DNA of 64,000 nt from Candidatus Omnitrophota bacterium (GTDB taxonomy: Bacteria; Omnitrophota; Gorgyraeia; Zapsychrales; Fredricksoniimonadaceae). The notes under the pieces were generated by a model. The model was not told the DNA's origin. It saw only the letters and a program-made list of their open reading frames with translations, and did not search any database. The position numbers and the translations under genes were made by a program. The stretch lies in contig JABDCU010000001.1 in assembly GCA_013287965.1 (NCBI GenBank), positions 5,910 to 69,909 on the forward strand. Direction: 5' to 3'. Each line of letters opens with the position of its first letter. The stretch's first letter is position 1. Positions 9,575 through 18,176 of the stretch are shown in pieces.

Positions 9575-9636
9575 TTTTTATATAATTATTGCATTATTTC
9601 AAACTACAATTATCTAACAATATAATTATATAAAAA
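9575..9636. promoter_or_regulatory. 15-bp perfect inverted repeat flanking 32 bp, upstream of the RHH/adhesin operon
   Basis: TTTTTATATAATTAT (9575-9589) and ATAATTATATAAAAA (9622-9636), with a third TAYAATTAT unit at 9606. Confidence 0.5.
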
Positions 9637-9759
9637 AAAATTCAGAAAGCTACACAATCTAAGGATTTCTTAAAGTAGTGAGATTTTCGTGTTTAGGGGA
9701 GTTTTAAGCAGAAACCTGACAATGGGTATTTATCCGTATTGAAGATAATGAATACTTGT

Positions 9760-9978
9760 CTAGACTTGCTGAATGTGAACCATGCCAGGAACATGGTTCA
9801 AAAACAACTCTTTAAGGTCGAGCTTTATACTAGCATTGTCAATGTCGATCCCGACGATTTCACCGTCTTTGTCGTAATCAAGATTGACACCGGAAGATAT
9901 TTCCCGCGTCTCAGTGCTGGCTCTTGAGGATAGATCGATATAAAGCGAGTCTGTGTCTGAATAATAATTAATTTTCAT
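9760..9978 (-). CDS. DUF2283 family protein (toxin-antitoxin associated)
   Basis: MKINYYSDTDSLYIDL...LDYDKDGEIVGIDI pattern. Confidence 0.85.
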   Translation of the reverse strand: MKINYYSDTDSLYIDLSSRASTETREISSGVNLDYDKDGEIVGIDIDNASIKLDLKELFLNHVPGMVHIQQV

Positions 9979-10125
9979 AGTTTAAACCCCCTGTCAAAAA
10001 AGGCATTATGTATCGTTGTCTTGTCATTAAGCGTCACGACCCGTAAAAACTTGTCCGACGTCTGGGATATTTTGCCCCAAAAGCGATAACGATTATCGTC
10101 CTGCATTTCGGCACGCAACGGGTTG
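9975..10125 (-). pseudogene. 5'-truncated toxin-like partner of the DUF2283 gene
   Basis: Manual translation gives NPLRAEMQDDNRYRFWGKISQTSDKFLRVVTLNDKTTIHNAFFDRGFKL*. The stop overlaps the next ATG. There is an in-frame stop just upstream and no full-length N-terminus. Confidence 0.6.
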
Positions 10126-10168
10126 AAGGAAAGTCGAAGATTTCTAAATCAAACATTCCCTTCCCTTT

Positions 10169-11347
10169 TTAATGTTCCCTTGAAATCGAACTTTCCGAAT
10201 GCAGGGAACAATAAGTCTCCAAAGCTTTACGCCAGGGAAGAACAACAACATCATTCTTTAATTTACGGGAACTGGTTTCTCTGAGAGACGCTATATAAAG
10301 CTTAACTTTAGGAAATCTTTTACGGAAAGCCATTACTGCGGCCTCAGATATGGTCTCTGAAGATGTTTTACATTCAAATGCCATCAACGGCCCCTTAGGG
10401 CCGGTGACCAACAGATCAACTTCCTGCTTGCCTTCTCTCCAAAAAGAAATTTCATCGGGTTTTTCATAGTAATCCCGCAGCCATCTTAATTCATTATAAA
10501 AAAATGTTTCAAATAAATGCCCTTTTTCCTGCGGTGTCGGCGGATCGACCAAACGGTTTTGCAACGCACGAACGACCCCGCAATCAAAAAAATAAAACTT
10601 GGGACGGGCTTTTTTACGTTCACTCCGGTCCCATGGCCATAAAAACGATCCCAAAAGAGTATCTTCCAGGATAGAAAAATATTCTTTGACCGTGCTCATG
10701 GGTACCGCGGAATCACGGGCAATAGACGAAAACTCTATTGTCTCCCCATTCATTTGCGCTGCTACATTTAAAAACCTTTGGAAAGCGCCGATATTACGGG
10801 TCAACGCTTCAGCCTGGACCTCTTCTTTAATATAAACCGTACCATAAGTTTTTAAACGGCGTCGAACGTCCTCTTCTTTGTCCTCTAAAAGAAAAGAGAC
10901 TATGAGCGGTAATGTCCCATAAGATAATGCCTTATCAATATCGAAATCACGGCCGATTTCTATGCTGGTCAAAGGATGCAGCCTCAAGTCAAGGGCCCTG
11001 CCTCCTAAAAGATTGGCGCTTCCACGCCGCAATTTTCTGGCACTTGAGCCGGAAAGGATAAATCTTAATTTTAATTCTTCAATCCCCTTCTGAACATAAT
11101 CTAAAAGCACGGGAACACGCTGAATTTCATCCACAATGACCAGTTGACCGCTCTTTAAAACCCTTAATTGTTCCCAAAATTCTTTTGGTGAGCGTTTAAA
11201 CTTAAGTTCTTCTTCAGGATCTAAAAGGTCAACGAATAGATCTGCCTTTAGACGGCGCAATAAATAGGTCTTTCCCGTCATGCGCGGCCCAAACAAAAAA
11301 AACGAACCTGAAATATGCTCTAACTTTAATAATCGCTGAAAGTCCAT
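10169..11347 (-). CDS. AAA_14 ATPase with DUF4143 / PD-(D/E)xK-like C-terminus
   Basis: Walker A GPRMTGKT, Walker B VIVDEIQ, SGSS, KFYFFDCG, EVDLL...FECK. Confidence 0.9.
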   Translation of the reverse strand: MDFQRLLKLEHISGSFFLFGPRMTGKTYLLRRLKADLFVDLLDPEEELKFKRSPKEFWEQLRVLKSGQLVIVDEIQRVPVLLDYVQKGIEELKLRFILSGSSARKLRRGSANLLGGRALDLRLHPLTSIEIGRDFDIDKALSYGTLPLIVSFLLEDKEEDVRRRLKTYGTVYIKEEVQAEALTRNIGAFQRFLNVAAQMNGETIEFSSIARDSAVPMSTVKEYFSILEDTLLGSFLWPWDRSERKKARPKFYFFDCGVVRALQNRLVDPPTPQEKGHLFETFFYNELRWLRDYYEKPDEISFWREGKQEVDLLVTGPKGPLMAFECKTSSETISEAAVMAFRKRFPKVKLYIASLRETSSRKLKNDVVVLPWRKALETYCSLHSESSISREH

Positions 11348-11405
11348 GTTTAAAGAATAACATATTTATGTTATTTGTCAATATTAAATAACATATTGTT
11401 GTTAT
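11348..11405 (-). promoter_or_regulatory. Sigma70-type promoter with palindromic operator; leaderless geometry
   Basis: TTGACA(11381-11376)-N16-TATTCT(11359-11354)-N6-ATG. Palindrome AATAACATA-N2-TATGTTATT at 11356-11375, with a partial second copy from 11387. Confidence 0.65.
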
Positions 11406-11414
11406 ATGCCTTAA

Positions 11415-13181
11415 TTACTGGTGGCGGCCGTTTGCTAAACGGCAGAGTTTTATGTCCCTGGCGGCTTCGGGGTTTAACGGGTCTATGCTCAAGACCTGCT
11501 GAAAATCTTTGAGGGCCTCCTGCGCGCGGCCTGCTTGCATCCACAACATCCCCCGCTCCATATACGCATCCTCAAATTGCGGCTCAAGCGCGATCGCGCG
11601 CCCCAGGTCATCCAGGGCTTCCTTATAATTATGCTGGGTTTGGTATACCCACGCCCTTTTCACATAGGTTGAAAAATAATTGGGGTCCATGGCGATCGAC
11701 TTATTTAGGTCTTCCAGGGCTTGGGCGGTCCGGCCTTGCTGGCCATAAATGATCCCGCGGTTCTCATAGGTAATATTATTAGGGCTGATGGCAATGGCAC
11801 GGCTTAAATAATAAATAGACGCGTCTAGCCGCCCTAAAGAGCCATACACCCTTCCCAAACTCGCGTTCACACGGGCCTTGCCCGGCGACTCCTTGATATT
11901 GTTTTCCCAAAGCGCTAACTCATTGGCCCAGACTTTATTGCGCTGAAAACTCATAAAGGCCAAAACAAAGACCAGGCAGTATAAAAAAAACCGGGACACA
12001 TTGACTTTTTGTATACCCAAAAAGTCAATGTGTCCCGGTTTTTTCCACACCAAAACGGACAAGGCAGACACGAAGGCCAAAATGAAGCCAAATGAGATGA
12101 GATACAATTTATGCTCAAAGATCACATTGAATCGGGGCACTAAATTGACAGAAAATGTGATCAGCATCCATGCCAAGCCAAACGCTATTAAAGGAAAGCT
12201 GCGGCGCAGCTTGATGATCAGGAAAATAAACCCCAAGATCACGCCTAATCCTGCCAAGGTCAACGGCGGATGGAGAAAACCGGTTGAGGCCGGATAATCG
12301 TAATCCACATTTTGATGGATGGGCAAGACCAAAAGGCGAAGGAAGGTCAAAAAAACCCTCATCTGGGTCAACACATAATGCGCCGTGGTAAAGACATCCC
12401 CATCGTGAGATTCAGAAGGGATTGTTTTTGAAAAATCAACCAACTGTAAATGCAGCATTTTTGAGAACAACAGGCACAATAAAAATCCGGCGGCGAGAAT
12501 TGTTAAATAATGTTTGTTATGGATTCCCGCCTTCGCGGGAATGACAGTGTTTAATAATATCCATTCGCAAGCCAGGACCATCACCGGCACAGTCATGATC
12601 ACTTCCTTGGTTAAAACCCCTAAAATGGTTGCGAGCCCTGCCAGCCCAAATAATGCCATTTGGTGTGTCTTGACCGTTGACAGGCGCGCGCGCAGATAAA
12701 AATATATTGTCCCGAAATAAAACACAGCGGCCATGGATTCAAAACGCTGGGTGATATAGGTCACGGCCTGGGTTTGGCATGGATGGACCAAAAAAAGGAG
12801 AGCGATTATGAAAGGAAGATCTTTGTGGATTCCCGCTTGCGCAGGAATGACAGTGCGCGCAGTGATCTTAAAAAGCAAGTCTGCCAGGGCCCACACTAAT
12901 CCCGTTGCGATAAGATGCACGATAAAATTAAAAATGTGATATCCCCGGGCATCAAGCTGGTTGAAATAATAATTTAACGCGAAGGAATACATGCCCACCA
13001 GACGGGTCAAGGGAAAGGTATGCCACATCATATGGAAATTGCTGAAATTCTTGATAAAAGGATTGGCAACGATGAAGAGATTGTCGTCAAAAACAAAACC
13101 GAATCGGAAGGTCTGGCCGTAGACCAAAAGTCCCAGCAGGATGAGGGCCAAGCAGCGTAAGAATATTTTATTGATGCGCAT
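11415..13181 (-). CDS. TMTC-like multi-pass membrane protein (GT-C fold, putative glycosyltransferase) with C-terminal TPRs
   Basis: FVFDD, FLVHPCQTQAVTYITQR, LTKE, EHKLYL and RNKVWANELALW motifs followed by TPRs. Confidence 0.85.
   Translation of the reverse strand: MRINKIFLRCLALILLGLLVYGQTFRFGFVFDDNLFIVANPFIKNFSNFHMMWHTFPLTRLVGMYSFALNYYFNQLDARGYHIFNFIVHLIATGLVWALADLLFKITARTVIPAQAGIHKDLPFIIALLFLVHPCQTQAVTYITQRFESMAAVFYFGTIYFYLRARLSTVKTHQMALFGLAGLATILGVLTKEVIMTVPVMVLACEWILLNTVIPAKAGIHNKHYLTILAAGFLLCLLFSKMLHLQLVDFSKTIPSESHDGDVFTTAHYVLTQMRVFLTFLRLLVLPIHQNVDYDYPASTGFLHPPLTLAGLGVILGFIFLIIKLRRSFPLIAFGLAWMLITFSVNLVPRFNVIFEHKLYLISFGFILAFVSALSVLVWKKPGHIDFLGIQKVNVSRFFLYCLVFVLAFMSFQRNKVWANELALWENNIKESPGKARVNASLGRVYGSLGRLDASIYYLSRAIAISPNNITYENRGIIYGQQGRTAQALEDLNKSIAMDPNYFSTYVKRAWVYQTQHNYKEALDDLGRAIALEPQFEDAYMERGMLWMQAGRAQEALKDFQQVLSIDPLNPEAARDIKLCRLANGRHQ
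11985..12044. repeat. Palindromic element family B, copy 1 (intragenic, in frame)
   Basis: 27-bp perfect arms AAAAAACCGGGACACATTGACTTTTTG with a 6-nt loop. The 60 bp encode KKPGHIDFLGIQKVNVSRFF. Confidence 0.95.
12520..12546 (-). repeat. Palindromic element family A (REP-like, TGTCATTCCCGC-N4-GCGGGAATCCA), intragenic
   Basis: tggattcccgccttcgcgggaatgaca, encodes VIPAKAGIH. Confidence 0.95.
12826..12852 (-). repeat. Palindromic element family A, intragenic
   Basis: tggattcccgcttgcgcaggaatgaca, encodes VIPAQAGIH. Confidence 0.9.
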
Positions 13182-14238
13182 GTCTTAGCTGGCCACAGGC
13201 GGCGTTCACGTCTTTGCCTCTCGGCGTGCGGATAGTGGCATGGACACCGCTGTCTTCAAGGCTGTCTCTAAAGGCAGTCATTTCCTTGCCGGTAGGTGTT
13301 TGGTGCCCGAATTCTGAAACAGGATTATAGGGGATAAGGTTCATTTTGCAGATGATCCCTTTAAAAGCTTTTTTCAAACTCGCCACGGCGTGCGGCGTGC
13401 ACGTGACATCCTTAATGAGGATATACTCGAACGTTATCTGCCGGTTGGTTTTGCGGACGTAGTCACGGCAGGCCGCGATCAATTCATCAAACGGGTATTT
13501 TTTATTGACCGGCATGAGCACATCGCGGGAAGGATTATCATACCCGTGCAGGGAAATGGCCAATTCCACCTGCAAGCCCTCTTGGGCCAATTCCCTGATC
13601 TTCGGGACAACTCCGACGGTGGAGATCGTGATATGCCGCGCCCCTATATTAATGCCCTTGTCCGCATTGATGATGCGCACTGCTTTCATCAAATTAATAA
13701 AATTATCCAAAGGCTCCCCCGTTCCCATGAACACGATATTGGTCAACGGCCTCTTATGTTTCAAGGCCTCTTCCTTGACATGCAAAACCTGGGTGACGAT
13801 CTCAGCACAGCTAAGATTTCTCTTCCAGCCGCCGATACCGCTGGCGCAAAACTTGCAGCCGAACTTACAGCCGGCCTGGGTCGAAATACACGCGGTTGTC
13901 CTGGTTGCGGTGGGGATCAGGACACTCTCGATCTTCTCATGGTCATGAAGGTCAAAGAGAAATTTGGTGGTGCCGTCCTCGGAGACCAGCTTTTGGGCGA
14001 TCTCATTGGTTTTAAGGACAAGGTCTTTCTTCAAACGGTCCCTTAATCCTTTAGGGACATTGGTCATCGCGTCAAAACCCCAAGCACCTTTTTGATAGAT
14101 CCACTGGAAGACCTGGTCAGCGCGAAAAGGCTCTGCATCAACAGAGCGCAAGTACGCCGTCAATTCTTCCAAAGACAAATCACGTATATCTGGATGAGGG
14201 GTCACGTTTATGGATTCCCGCTTTCGCGGGAATGACAA
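13168..14238 (-). CDS. rlmN: 23S rRNA (adenine2503-C2)-methyltransferase RlmN (start uncertain; GTG near 14205 possible)
   Basis: Radical SAM CISTQAGCKFGCKFCAS, VFMGTGEP, TFEYIL, AACGQL. Confidence 0.95.
   Translation of the reverse strand: MSFPRKRESINVTPHPDIRDLSLEELTAYLRSVDAEPFRADQVFQWIYQKGAWGFDAMTNVPKGLRDRLKKDLVLKTNEIAQKLVSEDGTTKFLFDLHDHEKIESVLIPTATRTTACISTQAGCKFGCKFCASGIGGWKRNLSCAEIVTQVLHVKEEALKHKRPLTNIVFMGTGEPLDNFINLMKAVRIINADKGINIGARHITISTVGVVPKIRELAQEGLQVELAISLHGYDNPSRDVLMPVNKKYPFDELIAACRDYVRKTNRQITFEYILIKDVTCTPHAVASLKKAFKGIICKMNLIPYNPVSEFGHQTPTGKEMTAFRDSLEDSGVHATIRTPRGKDVNAACGQLRHAHQ
14211..14237 (-). repeat. Palindromic element family A at the accA-rlmN junction
   Basis: tggattcccgctttcgcgggaatgaca, reading SFPRKRES in the rlmN frame. 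Confidence 0.95.
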
Positions 14239-14241
14239 TGT

Positions 14242-15192
14242 TTACTTCTCAACAAACTCCCCGATGTCACGGTATTTTTTGTAGCGGGCGTCTAAAAGCT
14301 CTTTGGGACTTAACGTGGACGCTTTCTTAAAATATTTAATGAGCGCTGCCTTCAAAAGAAGCGCTGATTCCTGCGGCTCCCGGTGGGCGCCGCCCAAAGG
14401 TTCAGGGATGATCTCGTCCACAATATTGAATTTGATCAGGTCTTCCCCGTGCAGCTTCAGGGCTTCCGCGGCTTGCGGGGCTTTTAAAGAAGAGCGCCAA
14501 AGGATGGACGCGCAACCCTCGGGGGAAATGACAGAATAATAGGCGTGCTGTAAAATAAAAACACGGTCAGCCACTCCTATCCCCAGGGCCCCGCCGCTGC
14601 CGCCCTCGCCGATGATCACCGCGGCAATAGGTGTCCTGATGCCGGCCATATCACGCAAATTTTCCGCGATGGCCTGGGCCTGGCCGCGTTCTTCCGCCCC
14701 GATGCCCGGATAGGCGCCCGGCGTGTCGATCAGGCAAATGACCGGCACATGGAATTTTTCCGCCAGGCGCATCAGGCGCATAGCCTTGCGGTAGCCTTCC
14801 GGATGGGCGCAGCCGAAATTGCGCAACACATTTTCTTTGACATCACGGCCCTTCTGGTGGCCGATGACCATCACCTTCTGCCCGTCGATCTTGGCAAAGC
14901 CGCCGATCATGGCCTTGTCATCGGCAAAAAGCCGGTCCCCGTGCAATTCCAGGAATTCATCGGTCATCATGCGGATATAATCAAACGTATAGGGGCGTTT
15001 GGGATGGCGGGCGATCTGGATGCGCTGCCAGGATGTCATCTTGTTATAGACATCGTTTTTGAGTTTCTCGAGCTTGGATTCCAGGCGCTTGATCTCCGGC
15101 TCAAGGGTCACCCGCTTGGAGCCCATTTGGCGCAGGTCATTGATCTTATGTTCAAGCTCGAGGATCGGCTTTTCAAAATCCAGGATGGCCAT
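14242..15192 (-). CDS. accA: Acetyl-CoA carboxylase carboxyltransferase alpha subunit
   Basis: LDFEKPI, IDTPGAYPGIGAEERGQ, GEGGSGGALG, YSVISPEGCASILW. Confidence 0.97.
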   Translation of the reverse strand: MAILDFEKPILELEHKINDLRQMGSKRVTLEPEIKRLESKLEKLKNDVYNKMTSWQRIQIARHPKRPYTFDYIRMMTDEFLELHGDRLFADDKAMIGGFAKIDGQKVMVIGHQKGRDVKENVLRNFGCAHPEGYRKAMRLMRLAEKFHVPVICLIDTPGAYPGIGAEERGQAQAIAENLRDMAGIRTPIAAVIIGEGGSGGALGIGVADRVFILQHAYYSVISPEGCASILWRSSLKAPQAAEALKLHGEDLIKFNIVDEIIPEPLGGAHREPQESALLLKAALIKYFKKASTLSPKELLDARYKKYRDIGEFVEK

Positions 15193-15194
15193 AG

Positions 15195-16019
15195 TTAGTT
15201 TTGGATGACCACTTTGGTCCCGACGGGAATGATGTCAAAAAGCTCTTCAACATCTGCGTTTTTCAGGCGGACACAGCCGTCTGTCACCTGTTGCCCGATG
15301 CTTTCAGGGTGAAGGGTGCCGTGGATGCCGTAATGCGGGTCTGTATCAAAGCCCATCCACCGGCTGCCCAATTCATTTGCCGGGCTTTCAGAGGGGATAG
15401 GGGCGCCTCCGTTTTTAAACCATACCGGTTTTTCTATCTTGGTGGCGATCTTGAAGGCCCCGACGGGTGTGATATTGTCCCTTCCCGTTGACACATGATA
15501 GATCTTAAGCACCTCTTCGCCGGACTTAAGGAAGAGCACATTTTGTGATTTGTTGATCAGGACATTGAACGGCACCGTCCATATGCGCAGGCGCTCGCCG
15601 GTACGTATCACATCGCTCTTGAGATTGTTGGCTATTTTGATCAGCTGGGGCGTCGTGTTATATTTCCGGGCCAATTTCCCCAGAGAATCTCCGGGGACGA
15701 TCTCGTAAAGGACCGTTTGGGGCATTTGGGCCGGAGAAAAAATAAGGTCAATGTTCAAATTCCCAAGCTTGTCCTGCACCTCTTCGATCTTGTCATAATC
15801 CGGATAATTGCTGATGATCTGATCGTACGCTTCCTTGGCTTTAAGCTTGTCCCCCTCGGCCTCGTATTTGGCCGCTTCAGCCAAAAGCTGGTTAACAGGG
15901 ACGTTTGTTTCGTCAGAGACCCTGGAGGCAACAGCGGCCTTGTGGTGCTGATGCACGACGATACCACCCGCGACCAATACAATGGCCGCTATAATACCGA
16001 TCAAAACTTTCTGGTCCAT
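15195..16019 (-). CDS. LysM-domain L,D-transpeptidase (YkuD family)
   Basis: LysM YEIVPGDSLGKLARKYNTT and catalytic YGIHGT...TDGCVRL. Confidence 0.92.
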   Translation of the reverse strand: MDQKVLIGIIAAIVLVAGGIVVHQHHKAAVASRVSDETNVPVNQLLAEAAKYEAEGDKLKAKEAYDQIISNYPDYDKIEEVQDKLGNLNIDLIFSPAQMPQTVLYEIVPGDSLGKLARKYNTTPQLIKIANNLKSDVIRTGERLRIWTVPFNVLINKSQNVLFLKSGEEVLKIYHVSTGRDNITPVGAFKIATKIEKPVWFKNGGAPIPSESPANELGSRWMGFDTDPHYGIHGTLHPESIGQQVTDGCVRLKNADVEELFDIIPVGTKVVIQN

Positions 16020-16028
16020 AACTCTCCT

Positions 16029-16490
16029 TTAATATAAGATCATGGCACAAACTACGCCAAAAGCAAACCCCGCCAGCACTTCGATGGGCGTATGCCCCAC
16101 TAATTCTTTAAGCCTCTGCTCCTGGACCTGGCCTTTCAAGTAAATATCATCCATCATTTTATTAAGGATGGTGGCCTGGTAACCGGTGGCACGGCGCACC
16201 CCTTGGGCATCAAACATCGTCACGATGGCAAAGCTGGCAGCCACGGCAAAAAGGGGTGAGTTAAAACCATATTCCAGTCCCACTGATGTTGCCAAAGCCG
16301 ATACTCCGGCCGCGTGGCTGGAAGGCATGCCGCCGGTACCGATAAGCCAGCGGAAATTAAACTTTTTTTCCTTTAAGACCCCCACAAGGACCTTGATCAG
16401 TTGGGCCAAGACCCAAACAACCAGGGTGATCAAAAGGATCCGGTTTTGAAAGATCTCCGGGAAAAACGAATGTGGATATAGGCCTAGCAT
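16029..16490 (-). CDS. Divergent PAP2 family membrane protein (DUF212)
   Basis: GGMPSSHAA, DAQGVRR and GHTPIEV motifs. Confidence 0.92.
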   Translation of the reverse strand: MLGLYPHSFFPEIFQNRILLITLVVWVLAQLIKVLVGVLKEKKFNFRWLIGTGGMPSSHAAGVSALATSVGLEYGFNSPLFAVAASFAIVTMFDAQGVRRATGYQATILNKMMDDIYLKGQVQEQRLKELVGHTPIEVLAGFAFGVVCAMILY

Positions 16491-16527
16491 GAAATATTGA
16501 CGGAAAATCCTCTTTGTGTTAGGCTAC

Positions 16528-16555
16528 ATTATAAGCTTGCTCCCCAAAAAAGCAA
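16528..16555 (-). promoter_or_regulatory. Putative sigma70 promoter for the DUF212-accA-rlmN operon
   Basis: TTGCTT-N16-TATAAT. Confidence 0.5.
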
Positions 16556-16649
16556 GTGAAGGTTTAGAACAGCAATTGCGTATCTTGCTTGACCCCCTCA
16601 AGCAAATGTAGTTTGGCCCTTAACTCCCCCTATCGTACTGGATCCTCCT

Positions 16650-18176
16650 ATGTTAGCCCGAATTTCTTCGTTTGGCCTTTGCGGCCTGGAAGCCTATCCT
16701 GTTGCCATTGAAACGGATATAAGCCCCGGACTGCCCGCCATCACCGTGGTGGGCCTTCCGGACAATGCCGTCAAAGAAAGCCGTGAACGCATCCGCGCGG
16801 CCATCAAAAACAGCGGGTATGAATTTCCTCTTCAGAGGATCACGATCAATCTGGCACCCGCGGACACCAAAAAACAAGGGCCTTGTTACGATCTGGCCAT
16901 TGCCTTAAGCGTTTTGGCAGCCCAAGGCCTGATACCCGTTGATGCTTTAAACCCGTATGCTTTTTTAGGAGAACTTTCTTTAGACGGACGCATCCAGCCC
17001 GTGCAGGGTGCCTTGTCTATTGCGCTGAGTGCGGCCTCAAGCCAATGCCGCGGTCTTATTGTTCCTTTTGAAAATGCCAAAGAAGCGGCCCTGGCCGGCT
17101 GCCCGGTTTTTCCTGCCCGGCATTTGAACGAGGTGGTGGCGTTTTTGAATGACCCGCAAACGCTGGCCGCCGTGCAAACAGATCTTGGGCTTTTGGTCAA
17201 AAATTCCCGTCGCAGCCATTTGGATTTTAGCGAAGTAAAAGCCCAGCAATACATTAAACGGGGCCTTGAGGTGGCTGCCGCCGGCGGGCACAATGTGATC
17301 ATCATCGGCGCTCCGGGCAGCGGTAAAACGATGTTAGCCAAGCGCCTGCCCACGATCCTGCCGGACATGACGCTGGCTGAAGTGCTGCAAACCACCCAGA
17401 TCCATTCGGTCGCCGGCCTGCTTAAGAATACTGACGGCATTATCACCCAGCGGCCCTTTAGGGCGCCCCACCACACAGCCTCAGACGTGGCCATTGTCGG
17501 CGGCGGGAGCGGGCCCCGTCTTGGTGAAGTGACCCTCGCGCATAACGGTGTTTTATTTTTGGATGAATTTTTGGAATTCAACCGCCATGTGCTGGAAGTT
17601 TTGCGCCAGCCCCTGGAAGACGGCTATGTCAATGTCGCGCGCTCCAGAGGGAGTGTGCGTTTTCCGACGAGATTTATGCTCATCGCCGCGATGAACCCCT
17701 GCCCGTGCGGCTGGAAGGATGTGCCGGGAAAAATTTGCCGCTGCTCTTGCCTGCAAGTCGAGCGTTACCGGCACAAAATTTCCGGGCCCCTGCTTGACCG
17801 CATTGATATCCACTTGCACGCCCTGCCTTTGAAAACGCGGGAACTTGTTTGTGTTCCTCTGGAAGAAACTTCCGCGGCCATCAAAGAACGCACGACAAAA
17901 GCACGGCAATTGCAATGGCAGAGATTCCAGGGCCTGCCTTGCCTTTGCAATGCCCATATGGAAACATCACACCTGCGTAATTTCTGTGTTTTATCAAAAG
18001 AGGCGAAAGGGATCCTGGTGGGTGCCATGGAAGAGTTGAAATTCTCGGCGAGGGCGCATGACAAGATATTAAAAGTCGCCAGAACGATAAGTGACTTGGC
18101 CGGGAGTGAGACTATTTTGCCCGAGCATATCGCTGAAGCGGTGGGCTACAGATCTTTAGATAGACCGACTTTTTAA
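16650..18176 (+). CDS. comM: YifB/ComM family Mg-chelatase-like AAA+ ATPase
   Basis: VGLPDNAVKESRERI, GAPGSGKT, LAHNGVLFLDE, ISGPLLDRID. Confidence 0.93.
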   Translation: MLARISSFGLCGLEAYPVAIETDISPGLPAITVVGLPDNAVKESRERIRAAIKNSGYEFPLQRITINLAPADTKKQGPCYDLAIALSVLAAQGLIPVDALNPYAFLGELSLDGRIQPVQGALSIALSAASSQCRGLIVPFENAKEAALAGCPVFPARHLNEVVAFLNDPQTLAAVQTDLGLLVKNSRRSHLDFSEVKAQQYIKRGLEVAAAGGHNVIIIGAPGSGKTMLAKRLPTILPDMTLAEVLQTTQIHSVAGLLKNTDGIITQRPFRAPHHTASDVAIVGGGSGPRLGEVTLAHNGVLFLDEFLEFNRHVLEVLRQPLEDGYVNVARSRGSVRFPTRFMLIAAMNPCPCGWKDVPGKICRCSCLQVERYRHKISGPLLDRIDIHLHALPLKTRELVCVPLEETSAAIKERTTKARQLQWQRFQGLPCLCNAHMETSHLRNFCVLSKEAKGILVGAMEELKFSARAHDKILKVARTISDLAGSETILPEHIAEAVGYRSLDRPTF

